From contig NMRA01000299.1 in NCBI GenBank assembly GCA_002633005.1, forward strand, positions 1-64,000: a stretch of 64,000 bases of DNA, written 5' to 3'. Positions 13,401 through 28,400 of this stretch are shown here, piece after piece (position 1 is the first letter of the stretch; each line of letters begins with the position of its first letter). The position numbers were made by a program, and so were the translations under genes. The stretch is from Phoronis australis. Taxonomy: Eukaryota > Animalia > Phoronida. The notes under the pieces are model-generated. The model ran no database searches and was not told the DNA's origin. It saw nothing but the letters and a program-made list of their open reading frames with translations.

Positions 13401-16400
13401 ATTCCCGTTGGAGGAAAATCATCCACTTTGTTTATTTACCTCACTGACACAATTTTGTAAAGTTGAAATACTGTTTTCACCCTAATAAGCGCCCAGAGCG
13501 CTTAGAAAAATTCGCTTCAGGAAGGGGGGGTGCTTATTGTAGCCCAAAAGTGGTTGAAACCCGGTCTCCGAAACAGATGGAATCATAAGCTAAAATTCAT
13601 CAAATTAACGCTCTGTGATGCATCTGTAAGCTATGACAGATTTTCTACAAAATTGCAGTGCATTGCTATCAAACTTATTTGTTAAATTGCAAACACTTTT
13701 TAGAAAATCCCAGTGCAAAAACTCGCCAACTGATGCATCTCTGTCTCGCGATCGCCAATAGGTCAACTGGAATTCTTGAGTAAAAATATAGTTTCAACTC
13801 AACAAATTACCTGAAGTCTTCTTTAAGTTTTCAAAATAGCTTGCCTAAGATTTTTAAGTTCCTGCGGAGTCAGGATTAACTACATATTAAGTCTAAATCT
13901 GAGCTATCATACTCCTCAACATCAGAAAAATCTCTGGACGAACACACATGTTGTTGACTCGTGATGTTTGTTTTGAAGTTCGTCTGCGTGTGTGAGTAAG
14001 CGAGAGCATGCATGTCATCAGAGTTCATTTGCCAGTCAGAGTAAAGGCGATGTAACGATCTAGGTGTTCATTGTAAGGAAATTAACACAAGCAGTAAAGC
14101 ATAATGTGTTTTATTTAGAACTTTGTTGATATCATCTGCTAAAAAATGTTTGTCTCGGTAAGTCCGATGTCATTGAGTCACCGGGTGACTGGATGCGTGA
14201 CAGCCTAACAGTTATTTTCTGTGGGTGTAAGGGTGGGGAAGTGCTCATTACCAGTGGGTTTTTGGACTTTAAAAACACTAATTACGACTAACTTAATAAT
14301 TCCCCCTTAAAAATAACGCAAATGTTTTTACGACATTAGAAACGTTCGGAAATAAGTGCCAATATTAATTCTTGCCGATGCTATATGCTACCGTTTCATG
14401 AATAGATAGTTCCCAAAGACTAATCTTCGATGACAGGTACTCGAATGTAGCGCACGCTTTCTGGCCACGTGCTTTTAACTGAACAAAGGTCAAGTTTTTA
14501 CTAGTCTTCAATTCGCGGTTTTCATGTGTACAAAGAAATTCGGATTCCTGTTGAGAGAGAAAATCTGTACAGGAAAGATACAATACAATCCCTTTGACAA
14601 GTACTCTGTGTCTGTTCTGAAAGGCTAGAACATAATAGGACACATCCCTTGCAAGATCAGCAAAACTTGCATTCTTTTTGAAGCAAGGCAGAAGTTTGAA
14701 GTGTATAGTCACAGGTAAATACCGACAGTGGCGACTGCGCACAATGATTTTTTCAGGACTGTCGGATCTTATTGATAAATTGAAGACGTTGCTGTAGAAT
14801 TTTAGAACTGTAGGTAAGGCATTTTTCACATGTGCATGGCGTTCATGGACTGGGGGGCGCTTATAGGGGCATGGGCGCATATTAGGGCGAATACGGTAGG
14901 TTCTAAAACGAAGCCCATTCGAGTATGCAACACGTCAGTCCCTATGCCAACCCCTTATGGTAGAGCACAACAGGCTGAAGTTGCGGACAAATGATATCAA
15001 AATGTGCATAAATAAGCAAATTTACTAGTATCAACAGAGTGACCCAAATAAAAATAAAAGATACATGACGTTGCTAACAATGCACTTGTATACATTAACC
15101 GGTCTATCATTTCACCGCCCTAAGTGCCTGAGCCATATGCAATCAGATAACCAAGGGCGCAAAGCTTTTTGAAAACAACCTTGATTCTAAGGGCATCCTG
15201 TTGATGCTTCTACACAATAAATTTATTTTCAAAATTTTATAGTTACTGTTTAACAGTTCATTTATTTTCGGTTCAAATCAATGAGGCCAGTTCATCTAAA
15301 TGCATTCAGCATGGTTAATGTATTGTTAAAAAATAGTCACATCAAATGAGACAAAAACAGTACACCTCTTTCTTACAAAACAGGTTGGTATAGAAACGAA
15401 GGACGAGAGCCTAATTTTCCATCAGTTGCCATGTCGGTTTTTGTCATGAATGTTGGAGAAGAGCTGCAGTATGGTGATAGCAGCGCAGAATCGTATGTAG
15501 GTGGTGACTTTTGAAATTTGATTCGTTGTGTTGTAGGTCTTTTTTCTCTACGGTTCAGGATTGCTTGATGCGCTTGGCATGTCAGCCTTAATACTTTGGA
15601 CATTGTTATGTTGCCAGTGGTTATAATTACTTAATGTTTTCATAGTTCATTGGTAACAGTGATCGTGATACCCCAGTGGAACAAGTCTTTCCCATCCCTA
15701 TGGCTGCGCGTTACATTCGTGTGAAGCCTGTGACTTACCGGGGAAGCAAGTGTCTGCGGCTAGATGTTATTGGTAGTAAGTGATTTCAGTTTCTGTATTT
15801 TTATGTTGGGGGAACAGGTACACTATGTTGTTATTCTGACAGTTAGAAAAAGAGATTTTGGTAAATGCTTTGTAGCGGAGAGGGAATTCATATAAATTGC
15901 GCATCTTGTGACAATTAGATTCTGCAAATTGGTACAATGGTAGGAATGGGTAAAATATTTCTAAAAAAACGCTGCAAACAAACTGTGCTAACCCCCTGGA
16001 GGCCGGTACGCACAAAATCCAATATGGCCGCTGCCGAAAATGGAAATTGTCATTAGAGATCTCGGCTATTATCATCACAAGAGCATGTTGTAACTCATGT
16101 TTTCAATATTTTTGGTGCGAGGAGTTCATTTCTGATGTTACTTTTATGCTTTGAGGCCATTTAAATCTTTTTACACTTTCTCTGAACTGAAAATACCAAA
16201 TGCTTGACCCCGCGCACGGATAGAAATGTCAAACACTTGGTCCCGGGCAGCTCCAGTCTTTCATCTATTGATTATATTATTTTTGTTGGTTGGAATCAAG
16301 CTGTATATAATGCTCAAAAGAAAAAACTGTCAATGGGGTTAGCCTGATGAGGTCGGTGAATCAAAAATGGTAGACCTATGCTTCATGCTCCACATCGAAA

Positions 16401-19400
16401 TGGCATCTCAAGAGAGTGGAGGTAAACTAGTGTTGGATGGATCTCGATGGGACGGCATGTTCTCCCTAGCCAATGTCTTCACTCCTCGTGTTTCATCATC
16501 TCCTCTGGGTGGAAAGCATGTCAGCGTACCAGATATGCATACCAACCTGGCTTAATGATTTAAAAATCAGGCATATGATGAGTACAGTCATGAAAGCTCT
16601 AGACTTCACGAAAGCTTTGATATGTGGGAAAAACGAATCTGCAATGCTCCAACAGTTTGTTACTGGAAAATTGTAAGAGACTACCTGCTAGTCGCTTCCT
16701 TTGAGGTCAGAGACTGGGCAATTGACCATTGATGTTGAAAGCATGTGAAGAATTGTGTCCATGGTTTTTTGCATTTGGGCATACGAATTACACACGCTGG
16801 ATGCCTTTTTTTTGAGACCCATGGCACAACTTCCACACACCCACCCTTCAGTGCACGAAGCTTTCAAGGAAGGGAAGTTTGTTGTTCAATGTAGTGACAG
16901 GAAGTTTTCTGTGACCAGAGCTAAGAGCACAGTATGAAGTTGTTGAAGAAGGACAGTGGTGCAAAGGGACTCTACAAGAAGACAAGGAAAGATTGAGCTC
17001 TCAAAGTCAGAAGTGTTGATGAGTTTGAGAATGCATGCTTCTCTACGTCAAGAAGCAATGACAATCTGGAGCATCCTGAGTCTTCTATTGCTGAACAAAT
17101 ATCTGAAGGACCTATATAGCTCTATGCGACCTTGTGAAGGAGGGTCGAGTTGTCAATCCATTCAAGGAGCTCAGATCTCATTACTTTGGACACTGTTGAG
17201 ATCATGAATCCTCAGATAATCAACTGCCTTAGGGAAGCTCCGAACATTGGTCAAACCAAATTCACAGAAATTGCTACCACACCATTGTCTTACATTATCC
17301 CAAGGACCAACTTGTTTACTTTCGCCAACAGACCACCAACTGATTTGAAGAAGGATAATGACAAGCTGGGTTCTGCCAAAGCGAATACGGTTCTCATCAC
17401 CAAGATGTTTATGTCACTCCAAGCACGTCCCGGAATAGTGATCTTAGATTTTTCAAGCACGAAAATCACCATGAACCCTGGCCATGATTATGTGGTATAG
17501 GTAAACTTCAGTGAGGAACCATATCTAATATTGTTTCATATCTGCCTGGCATGCCCGTTCGTGGCCGATCTCTAGCAGTCAAGGAAGAGTCTGTGGTTCT
17601 TGATGTTGCCGCCATAATACATATTATAAAACCCCAGTGTGCAAAAGTGTTTGGGGAGTATACAGAGATGTAATTGCTGCCATGCATGCAAAGCCAGATG
17701 ACAGAGAGCACAAGAAGAGTGAACACAGTCTGGGACACATTAAGAGAGGATAGTTTGAAGTCATAGACTCTTGTGAAGCGTGGTGAGACTGAAATGCGAC
17801 AAACACGCTCTTCACCTAAGATAGCAATGCCCAGGGGTATTCAGTGGCAGACGTTCCTCAAAAATTGTTAAAACAAGGACGAGCTCTTCCAGTTCGACAT
17901 CCAGGACCTTCTGAGCACCACAGCTGATTAACAGTACCAACTACAAATGCTGACCTAGTACTGAGCAACAAACCAACAGACGTATTAGTATAGCATTGTC
18001 TCCATGCCTACAGGAAGAAGCTGACACAAGGATGATGCTGCATTTACAACATGCAGCTGTTCTGGGTCACACCAAGGACACCTTAGGACAGTTGTCAGTC
18101 TCGTGGTTCTAGCAGTCAGCTTCTTTCACAGGCAAGGCCTCTCAGAGTTGTGGATTGGATTTGCATCTGGAAAAATTATAAGGATATTCCTATCCACAAA
18201 ATTTCTCAAAACCTTGGGCTACTGAAATGTGAACCCTTCCTCCACTCTTCCATGTACTGACAGGTTGTGATGTCGTCTCAGCAATGTTCGTGATTGAAAA
18301 ACGAAGTGCATGGAATGCTTGGACTGCTTTCCCCAAGGTCACAAATTAATACTTTTATTATTGCTATCACATATGACCCAACTACTCTCACACTTAACTC
18401 TCTTCTTTTACGACACTTTGAACACTGGGCAGTACTAAAATACATTAAAAGCTGTGGGACGCACTCTGTGAATGAAGCAGGAAAGCTTCTGTTCACCTAT
18501 GGCCTCAAGACTCTGGAATCACTACCACCAACACAGCATGCTTTATTCCAACATGCTAAGCGTTCTCTGCTCACTGCAGCTTTTGTTTGGAAACAGTCTC
18601 TTGCCAAAAAACCCCAGATACCAAACCCTTGTCTATGAGGCTGGGAATGGAATGCTAGAGCTACAAAATGGGTGCCATATTGGACAGATCTGGAATAAGT
18701 AAGCCAGGCATGTTCCCTACTTCTCCATTGTAGCTGTGTTGTTGTCTGCAAAGGCAATTTTATGTGCCATCGAGCTGGACTCGGCTGGTGTACCACAGTG
18801 TGCAAATGTGAATGTGCCTGCACCAGAAACGACTCTTAAACCTGACATTTCATCTTTCTCAATATCTAATTGCTTTATAAGTATGCATACATGATACAAA
18901 CTAGCAGCAGTATTTGATAGGTAGACAATTCTGCCCATTCAGTTGCTAATAATTAAGTATCAAAGTTTTTATAGTCTCAGTCTTGAAGTATTGTCACTGT
19001 CAGCTGGAGAAGTCTTATTTTGTGCAAATCTGGTTTTGGAAAATGGTAATTTTAGAATGTTGTGCGGTGAATCTCATCAGTATACCCATTAATTAAACAA
19101 AGTAACTTCTATGAGGACAAGCATAAATTTGAGTTATTTGTGAATGACATTTGCTTTGAAAGTATCATTTTGCATTGGAATTGACCTCAAAACATAAAAC
19201 TAACACCAGAAATGAACTTCTCATCCCCCAAAATATTGAAAAGATGATATTAGAATTTGTTCTAGTGATAATAATAGCCGACATATGCCAATTTCCATAT
19301 TCACCGGCGGCCATATTGGAATTTGCACGTAACGACCACCAGGAGGTCAGCACACTTTGTTTGCGGTGTTTTTTGAATTTCCTTTGCTTAGACCTAACAG

Positions 19401-22400
19401 CGTACCACATTACAAAAACTTGTCTCAAAGTGCCCAATTATTGCAAATCTGCACACATTCCCTCCCCGCTATTGTGGACCAAGCTGCGCTATATATTAAG
19501 TGATTAAGATCTCAGGTACTCTTTCCAGATGCCCATTGCCTCTTACTCTGAATTAATAGCTTCATTGGGAATAAATTGTTATTTTGTAGTTGATCTCAGC
19601 AATTTGCTCATCATGTTTTTGCTAAATTTGCTAAATTGTACATAAGTAACTTGAACTTTTCTTTCTCTTTCAACATTCATTACGTTATGGTTCACTGTGT
19701 AAATAATCCTATGTTGACACACTCACTGGTTGAGATTTGGCAACACAACCAATTTGCTTACCGCAACATTTGCCGCAAAGATCAAAGACATCATGCAGTT
19801 GTAGCCAATTACATCACCTCTAGACGCCAGGTTGCTGGTATTATCGTTCACTAGATAATTAGACCCATCTAAACACACTGGGGGCTACAAAATTATTTTT
19901 TGTATTTTCGTTTAGAAAGTTTTAAATAGCATAGTTTATTAGCTCATGAAAAGCACACATGGTTAGGTTTTTGAATTTTTAAAATCTGAAAAGAAATGTG
20001 ACATGCAACTTAAAAATTCTATACAATGTTGCCATATTATGCTTCTCATTAATTCTACTGGGTGTGCAACATAATTGGGCTAATTACCAAACCACCAGGC
20101 AGCAGTTGGGTTTTGAGGTAATCCAAGTGCCATCGTACAATTCTTGGCATGATGTAACCCACACAAAATTTCACAAGTGGGGAACTTGTTCGGGTCTTCT
20201 GCCTCCTGTTTCCCTGCATGGCATTGAGACACGCACACATTCCAGCAAGTTAAATTTAGGCAGGACTTTCACGTCTGCCGAGATGCTAGCATATTTTGCA
20301 TGTCACTGCCAATTCTGGTGAATGAAAACATGTCAAAAGGACCGCAGATTCCAACACAAAGCAATGTGTTCTTAAGGATATCCCAAACCTTATCCCCAAA
20401 AATTGGCCATTTCTATAATATTTCACCTGTCCTGCAAAATACCTTATCTTCATTCTGAGGGAACTTTGAGTATGAAGTATGTACCATGTAGGGATAAAAA
20501 ATTAGTAGAACCACCTTCAACCACGTGGAAATTTGTTTACTACTTATCCAGGGCCAAAGGTTACAGAGCTGACACTCAAACTGTATGTCCCGCTTGGCAT
20601 TAGCACTTCCCACAATTCACAATCCTTTCATTCAGTGAGTCACAATAAGATTGAGGTAACAGTGTGTACCTAGCACGGAAAATCCCACGGAAAACAACAA
20701 AGACAACACCAAGTTTTGATCGTTTGTCAGTTGCACATCTGCGTACATACAACCTTTGATATTGTTATTGTGAATGCACTGAGTCGCTGGCGTCTAGCAC
20801 CAAATTGTGAACAATTATAAATCTTCACCCAAATTCATTCATTTAACCAGCAATCTGACGTTTCGCTGTTTCGATCTTGTGTTCAGTCGGTCTTAACAAC
20901 TGACTTGATTTCTGTCCTGCAATTTGTTGTTGGTTTCTCCCTGGTGCTTGCTTCATGTGTTGCGTACTAGAATTTAATGTTGACCTATTAGTAGATCAAT
21001 TCCTCCCCTGACCTGTTTTCACTCGAGGCATCGTCACCTGACTTACAATATTAGCGATAATTAAGTCGCAACATGTGCGGCTTTTTCTCAGCTTCACAAA
21101 TTGACTTAGGAACGCGAATTCTCAAAAAGCGGCTTGGTGAATTTCACTGAAATTTTCCGATTTTAATGTTTATTCATCAATCTCCAAGTGCTGTTAGGAT
21201 TTTTCTTTTAAATGCCTAATTTTTGTGTACATAAGATAGATGAATGCAAGTAATGTTTTTAGAAAAATACCTCAATCTGCTTTGGGAGTTAATTTGGCAA
21301 AGAAACAAAACTTAATGAGTGATCAAAAATTCTAGTTAAATTGTGAAGTTTTCATTTAAAAAGGGTTTCATTAAAATTGACCGAAGAGTTATTTTGCTAT
21401 GAGTATACCTTTCTTGAAATTTTGACTTAAAAGATGTGATAACGTAATAATAATAATGGTACATAGATGTAAAATATGTTTTTGCTTTCAGAAAATAATA
21501 CTTTTACTAGTTGACATAGCCCGTTTTTATATATATAAGTTAGATTTTTCATATGTAAGTTAGATTTTTTGTATAGAATGGAGGTCACTAAATAAGTTTT
21601 CAGATAACTGTAACTAGCTCTGCAATACTGAGTCACCAATCATACAACTATGGCTAACAGAAGGTAATATTCACTTACTTAATACCATGTCCAGGTAAAA
21701 TGAGCTCAGACTTAACAATGGTTTGTCCCTTTCTTATGCTTGAATGTGTAATGAACCATGCACTGTGAAGTGTGTGAATGTTGCTTTGAAGTTTGGAAAG
21801 CAGTGAGTGCGACATGGTTTCTCTAAAAAGTCTATTTGATTATTTCATTTCTGTTGAAAATGTCTTTTTATTTTTAAACAAATTATTTTTTGTCATTGCA
21901 GAGTGTACTTTATTCTACACCCGTCCAAAACCATTTCATTCTAGCTCTCCAGGTTAAAGAGTGTGGACATCCTGGCAACTCCTCCAATGCTACAAGAAGC
22001 GGCGACACATTTCTTGTTGGTAGCTCTGTTAAGTACACATGCATGCTGGGAACACTGTGGAGTGCTGGAGACTCAACTAGAACATGCAATGTCTCGGGAA
22101 CCTGGACTGGTACTCTTCCAGTATGTAACGGTACGCCAAACCAAAGTTTGTTTTCGTGTTTTGCTCAGAAGGAACAGTTGAATCTAAAAATTTCATTTAA
22201 AAAACTGAGGAATATTTGATTGCCCTAAACATACAAAATGTAAAGACTATTGGACAACGGAAACATGTGCGGATGTAGTAAGATATAATAATTTAGATAA
22301 TGCACTGTGATTGCATTCAGCAAGAGCCAACTAGCATGCTGTTGTGATTTTGTAGCCTCTGCTAGATAGCTGAGCTGTGGTCATTGTTTATTGAGGCCTG

Positions 22401-25400
22401 CAACCCGGTGTTTTCGCACAAGTTTGTCTGTCTCTCACTGATTTTAAAGACCCAGTGGTCCGTTGTAGTTGATGGTGGACAAGTGTCCATCATGCAGCTG
22501 ATAGAAATTTTCATACTAGGTCTGAAAAAATGTCTTCCTCTCTATGACACCTTACTCAAGTTCTTTATTTCTTCAAACTGTCTCCTCTCCTTTATGTGTC
22601 AGAAAAATTATAAATTGTATCGTGAGGCCAATGCCTGCATACAATTAATATTTCTGATCGTCTGGTCAAACCTAATGATTTAAAAAGTTCCAACAGTTAT
22701 CGAACGCCACAGTATGCTTTTTTCGGCTGTTAAAATGAAAATGCCCTTTAAAAGCGTATCAGTATTCATACTATTGGTGCAGAGTATTGTCATTCTTAAA
22801 TTTTTATTACCGTAAACTCGCGGGTTAATGCCCACACTCGGGTAATCGCCCATCCCCAACTTTTGGTCAATTTTCGGTTTAAGCGCCGGTTGCTTGCGTA
22901 ATCGCCCATCCCCTACTTTGTGCTAATTTCCAGGTAATCGCCCATCCCCAACTTACCACTTACAGAACTTGCACTTGAAATCGTGCTTTTGTTCACAGCT
23001 TCGCCTCGGGCTCAGACTTCCGTGTTTGCGGAAACCCGGCGTGCTTACACCTGCATGCAATTGTCTCGATAAGTACATTTTTCAGCTGGCGTTTGTGGAA
23101 TAACTCGAGCGCTGCAAGCACTTTGTTTAAACTTATCAACTGATCTTTTGTTAAATTAATATAGGCCTACTCAGTAGATTTTTATAGAAGTGAACATAGT
23201 CTACTACGAGATTAGGCCTACGATGTCCTTGTCGTCACCGACGTAGGTTTGTCTAAGTGACAAGTTTTCAAATTACCTTATCTAAATTTTTTTTTATCGG
23301 ACACCATTTCCGATGCTTTTTTGACTTCTCAGTAGATCAAGTTTTTTGAGTGTTTGATGAGAACAGGTAAAACTTCGAAACTTCGCCCTCTATTTTCAGA
23401 CGGAGCACTTGATTTTGCTTGATTTTTCTCCTGGGTTCACCCAGATTTGAATTGACCAATTAATCAAACCCCCCTCTGGTTGTAATTGCATGCATAGGGC
23501 ACATGATTTTGATACATTTATTTCCTGGGTCAACCCAGATTTGAATTGAACAATTATTCACACCCCCTCGTAATTGCAAATGGTTTTTGTCGGCCAGGAA
23601 CGAATCGTCCGTGTTTTTAATCCAGCGCCAGATAAACTAAACAGTGAATCGGAAGTTTATCGGTTTTATACACAGACGACATTAACAACAATGAGACGGG
23701 ACCGGAAAGGTTCCAACTAAACACAGTCCTACGAACAACACTAACAATACAATGGCGCTGCAAACAAAAGGTAGTCGCGTTCACTGATCTGAAACAGTAC
23801 TTGCTGATACAGTAGGTGGACTGCCATTCGAGTTTCATAAAGCTCCGTAGTATGACATTTTGCAGCGCACTAATATATTTGAAAACTTCTGAGTTGTTAG
23901 CAACGTTCTCACGAAATCACTTTTTCAAAGCCGAAATCCTGTCTGTGTTTGAGCCGTAAGAAACTTTGTGGTTGTCGGGTCCCGCTGTTTGACTAAACTT
24001 ACAAGTTCCGTGCTCGAATGAACACCCGTGAGCTTGTCCAGTTTGGCTAAAACTTGGACGTAAGCGCCAACTGCTTGGGTAATTACCCACCCCACCGAAT
24101 TTTTCCCAATTTTTCAGTTTAAGTGCCCACTGCTTGGGTAATCACCCACCCCCTGTCTCAGGGTTTCTCAATTTAAGCGCCCAGGGCGTTTAAACCTGCG
24201 AGTTTACGGTAAGTAAAAATAGTGATTTCTCATCCCAATTTAGTCTAAAATGACACCAAAATTCATACCCAAAGATTTGAAAAATGGCACCCATGTCAAT
24301 AGCGCATTCCCACTACCTACTGATTACATTGACTGTATGCTCTCGTGCAATTGTTCAGGAAGTGCTAACGGTTATCTCTTTAGCACCACCAAGTGCGTTT
24401 CAAACTCTCCGTACTCTTCTGATAATTTAAGGGATTAATTCAAATTTTTATATAATGTGTTTAGCCACTGTTTCAATTTGGAAACACTGTGTGTCAGCAA
24501 AAGGGTTTCATTTTTTATCATTCATTTAGTTTTGAGTCATAGCGTAGCTCTACGCACAGAGTTGTTTAAGGTATTGCCATGCCTTTAGGCCCGTGGACTT
24601 GTATCTGAAATAATATCTGTTTTGCATCTTTTTATCCAAGTGATTTGCATATTGGCGCATGCGCCTAAGTTATGTAAGCTCATGTCATGTCCCCTGCATA
24701 GGCCTATTCATTAATTTATACTCGTTTTGACTACCGATGTGCCTCCTAATGGCAATTTTTTACGTTTGCCTCTGTACCTTTGGAGTTCCTTGGAGTATTT
24801 TTTAAAAAATTGGTAAATAGTTTTGTATTACCATATTTCCCATAGCCCTATATCCAAAATAATGCCTTTTTTCGCGTCCTGGTTCATATGTTGGTGCATG
24901 CGCCATATTTTTGCATAGAAGGGCAGTTCCACGGAGAGGCCCACAGGCCTAACGGTGTGACAGTATGGTACAACCAGTAGATGTAAGAACCAGTCTGGTT
25001 TAACTGTAATTACGAACCAGTCTGGTTTAACTGTAATTACGAACCAGTCTGGTTAACTCAGGTTTAACTTTAATTAATTTTAACTCTCGAGTATAAAGTA
25101 GTGCCCATTCTGCCAGGCAAGTTAAAACAGCTTATTATTTAAAATGACTTATTCTTATTAAAATGACTTAGGCAAAAAATTGAATTTCGGACCTCAAAAG
25201 CGAGGCCCCCTATATTAATATAGGGGTAAGTAAGTGAGTAAGGTATGATGAACTGGATGACCTATATAACTGATTAGTCCTTCAAAAGAGTGAAAAGGCG
25301 AAAACAAGTGTCTCGATTTATTTGGCAACTGTTGTCCTTAAGTCATCAGCTTAATACGAATGTGCGTGATGTTGCATGTTGTCAGCCAAATAACAAAAGC

Positions 25401-28400
25401 TAGCGATTTGGTCAGGAATTTTTCCTTGAATTGGTGATCTTGATACATGAGATGGTCTATCATGATGATATTTCGCTGTGTGATGACATTTCCTGTGGAA
25501 ATAGAACAATAAGGTTTGGTAGTGAAGTTGGAGAGTCTTGGCTGTTTGTTCTGTTTTGAGTGTGGAATATTGGTCTGTAAGTTTTGCAAGACATTCACCA
25601 AAACCGACAGTGAAGGAACCTGAACATAGTTAGTTATGCACACATTAAGATTGTCTGTACTACAGTGTATTTTTAAAGCAGCTATTGGCATAATACAGTG
25701 GATTAGCCATGAGTTAAATGCTCTTGTGGAGCAAGTATCCTCCAAATTTTCGAAAGTAACCCTACACGATTTTCTCAATACCAACAGTGAGCACAGATCT
25801 GGCCTTGAACAAGCCCACGTCACAGTCATCCACTTCCAATGGTCACCTGTCTTCTCATTCTGTCGATGGCAAAAGGGTAGATACATGCTCATTCACACAG
25901 CGCGACATGGACAGTTGGTGGAGAGTGAACTTGCAGGATGTCTATGGGATACACACCATTGTTTTGACCAACAGAGACGTTCCGTCCTGTATGTATTTTA
26001 AAATAAGTGGAGGGTGGAAGGAGAGGGTGGAGCGTGAGAGTGGGGGATGGAGGGTGGAAGTAACAGGGAAAGGGTGGGAGGAACAGGGAAAGGGTGGGAG
26101 GAACAGGGAATGGGTGGAAAGTCAAACACGAAGGGGAGCAAGACCATGAGAGGGATGGACAGAGGGTGGAAGGGAATGAGAGAGGGCGGAAAGAGGGGAT
26201 GAGTATAGGAGGGAAAGATATGTGGAAAGTGAGAACGGAGCATGAAAGACGAGGATGGAGCCAGGAAGAAATTTTCTTAATTGAAAGAGAGAATTATTTT
26301 CTACTTATTTGTACAAGAGGAGGGAACTGAGAACATTGATGTTGGGTGAAGAACAGACAGAAAAGGATCATAAGGATAGGTCAGGGCTTGAATAAAAAAT
26401 TTAGATCAATGTAGTAATATTGCAATTTGTTTAGAACTTTTGATTTCTTTACTGTCATGGAGGTAGGTTGTCAGTAAGTTTTTTTTCTCACAGATTATCG
26501 ACTGAAAAAGTTTGACATACGTATGACCAATGAGAGTGCTGCCATGGCATCCACTGATCCTTTATGTCACAGCTACACTGGCACTGTTGGTCGAGGTGTT
26601 ACTGAAGTTATTCGATGCGAAAGCATGATCTATGCACAGTATGTCTACATCAGGAAGACTACTCAGCAACGACTAGCAATGTGTGAGGTGGAAGTGTATG
26701 GAGACCCTGTACCCAGTGAGTTGGCACACTCAGCTGCCTGCTGGCATGTAACAGTTGAGAACTGCATTTCAGTTCGACTTCTTAAGTTTTCAAATGATGC
26801 GAATTTTTCTAGGATATCCTATGCTGGTATACGTGAAAAGATCTGTCTGCAAAGACAAGTTGCAACAGCTTCAGCTTCTGTGAGAAATAATCCAAAATTC
26901 TGCAATAATATTTTTTAATTCCTAACTTCAGCTACATATAGTTCAATGTTGTTCATCTGCTGTGCACCTGGTATCCAGTTGTGATACACTGCAAATCTAC
27001 TAAACCTTTATTTTTGTGTCATAATTTCTGCATTTTTATCCCTTTGAGAAGAATCCTAGTTTGATAAGTGTTGACTTGCTCAAGTAGACTATAACTATGA
27101 TTTACTCAAAAAATTAAGTGAACCTTCGGTTTTAGCCCTTGAAAATTTCAAGGAATTCAACATGAAAAAAAATGTTTTGTGTTATGAAACATGTTAGTCA
27201 AAGACATTAATAATGTCTCGTAATCTTTCCACACAGTAATTAAAATCAAATTCTATGTCATTCAGGGTATCAGCATGTAAAAAGAGTCTCCATTGCAAAC
27301 TTTGACAGAGTTGGCCAACCTGTAAAAAACTGGGCTGTTTCAAGTCTATGGCATGAGACCATTGAGTTTCTGTTTGAACCTTGCACATTAAAACTGTTTT
27401 TATGAAACATTGAACCACTGTGAATCATCCATCTTGTGACTTCTTAAATCAATTTTTCTCACCATATGACAAAAACATATCAGGAAGACATTGCCAAGAC
27501 GAGTCAAGTGTGTAAACAACATTTTTTTGTTCTTTTTGAAAAGTATCTGCAGGTTAAAGTGATGTTTAACTGAAAAGCATTGGACCCTGTCCACTGACGA
27601 TTATGGTAGTGATCATAGGTTTACACAATCCTGAATTAGCCTGTTCTAAAAATCAGATTTTGAATAAAAGCTGTAAGAGAGTTTATATGAGATTTTAACT
27701 AATTTGTACATTTATATCAAATGAAATTTTGTCATGTTATTGATACAGTTGTTTTGCAATGAATGCACATTTTATTTTTGATAAGCTTAAAATAGACATG
27801 GTAACATGACACAATTGATGACAGATTGGTAAAAAATGAAACTTTTCGTCCTGTTTCTACTTTCAAAAATATAAACTTTCAGGGCTCAATCTAAGCAAAA
27901 ATATGGTGGAAAAATTGAAATGCGAATAGAAAATTTAGTACCTCAATAGTACAGATGTTGAATGGACGTTAGCCATTTTTTTGGGTCATCACAGGACACC
28001 CACCAATTGCATTTAGCACCACCTGCTTTGAGAAATAGCGCGTGCTCTTAAGAATTTCTGTTCAAATATTTGAATTAACGGTAAAGCCTTGGTGAGTCTG
28101 AAAATCAAGGTGTGATAAATCTGCTGAGCCAGAGAGACCCTGGTCACCCATCACCTTTGAAATTGAAATGCACAGACTCGGCAGTTCAAAGGATTCCCCG
28201 TTACTGTGAGGCTAGTTGCTGACGCAAAAGTTAAATCGGCGCTCGATCTCTAACTGACACGTGTTTGAGTAGCTACACCTGTAATACAACTGTCACCAAC
28301 ACCTGCTATACAAATGTCATTAAAGTCGTTACATTAGTCTAAGAGCAAAGTCCCTCAATTTTTTTCGCACTGTTCAAAGTTTTGCAGCTCGAATGATTGA

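Noticed and set aside
24987-25058. CRISPR-like array (also 32500-32690 and 59421-59515)
   Set aside because: Head-to-tail tandem repeats with no unique spacers, in a eukaryotic intron with no cas genes.
25338-25892. 184-aa minus-strand ORF (and similar ORFs such as 14365-14880)
   Set aside because: No recognisable motifs. These are antisense to exons or inside non-coding transposon interiors.
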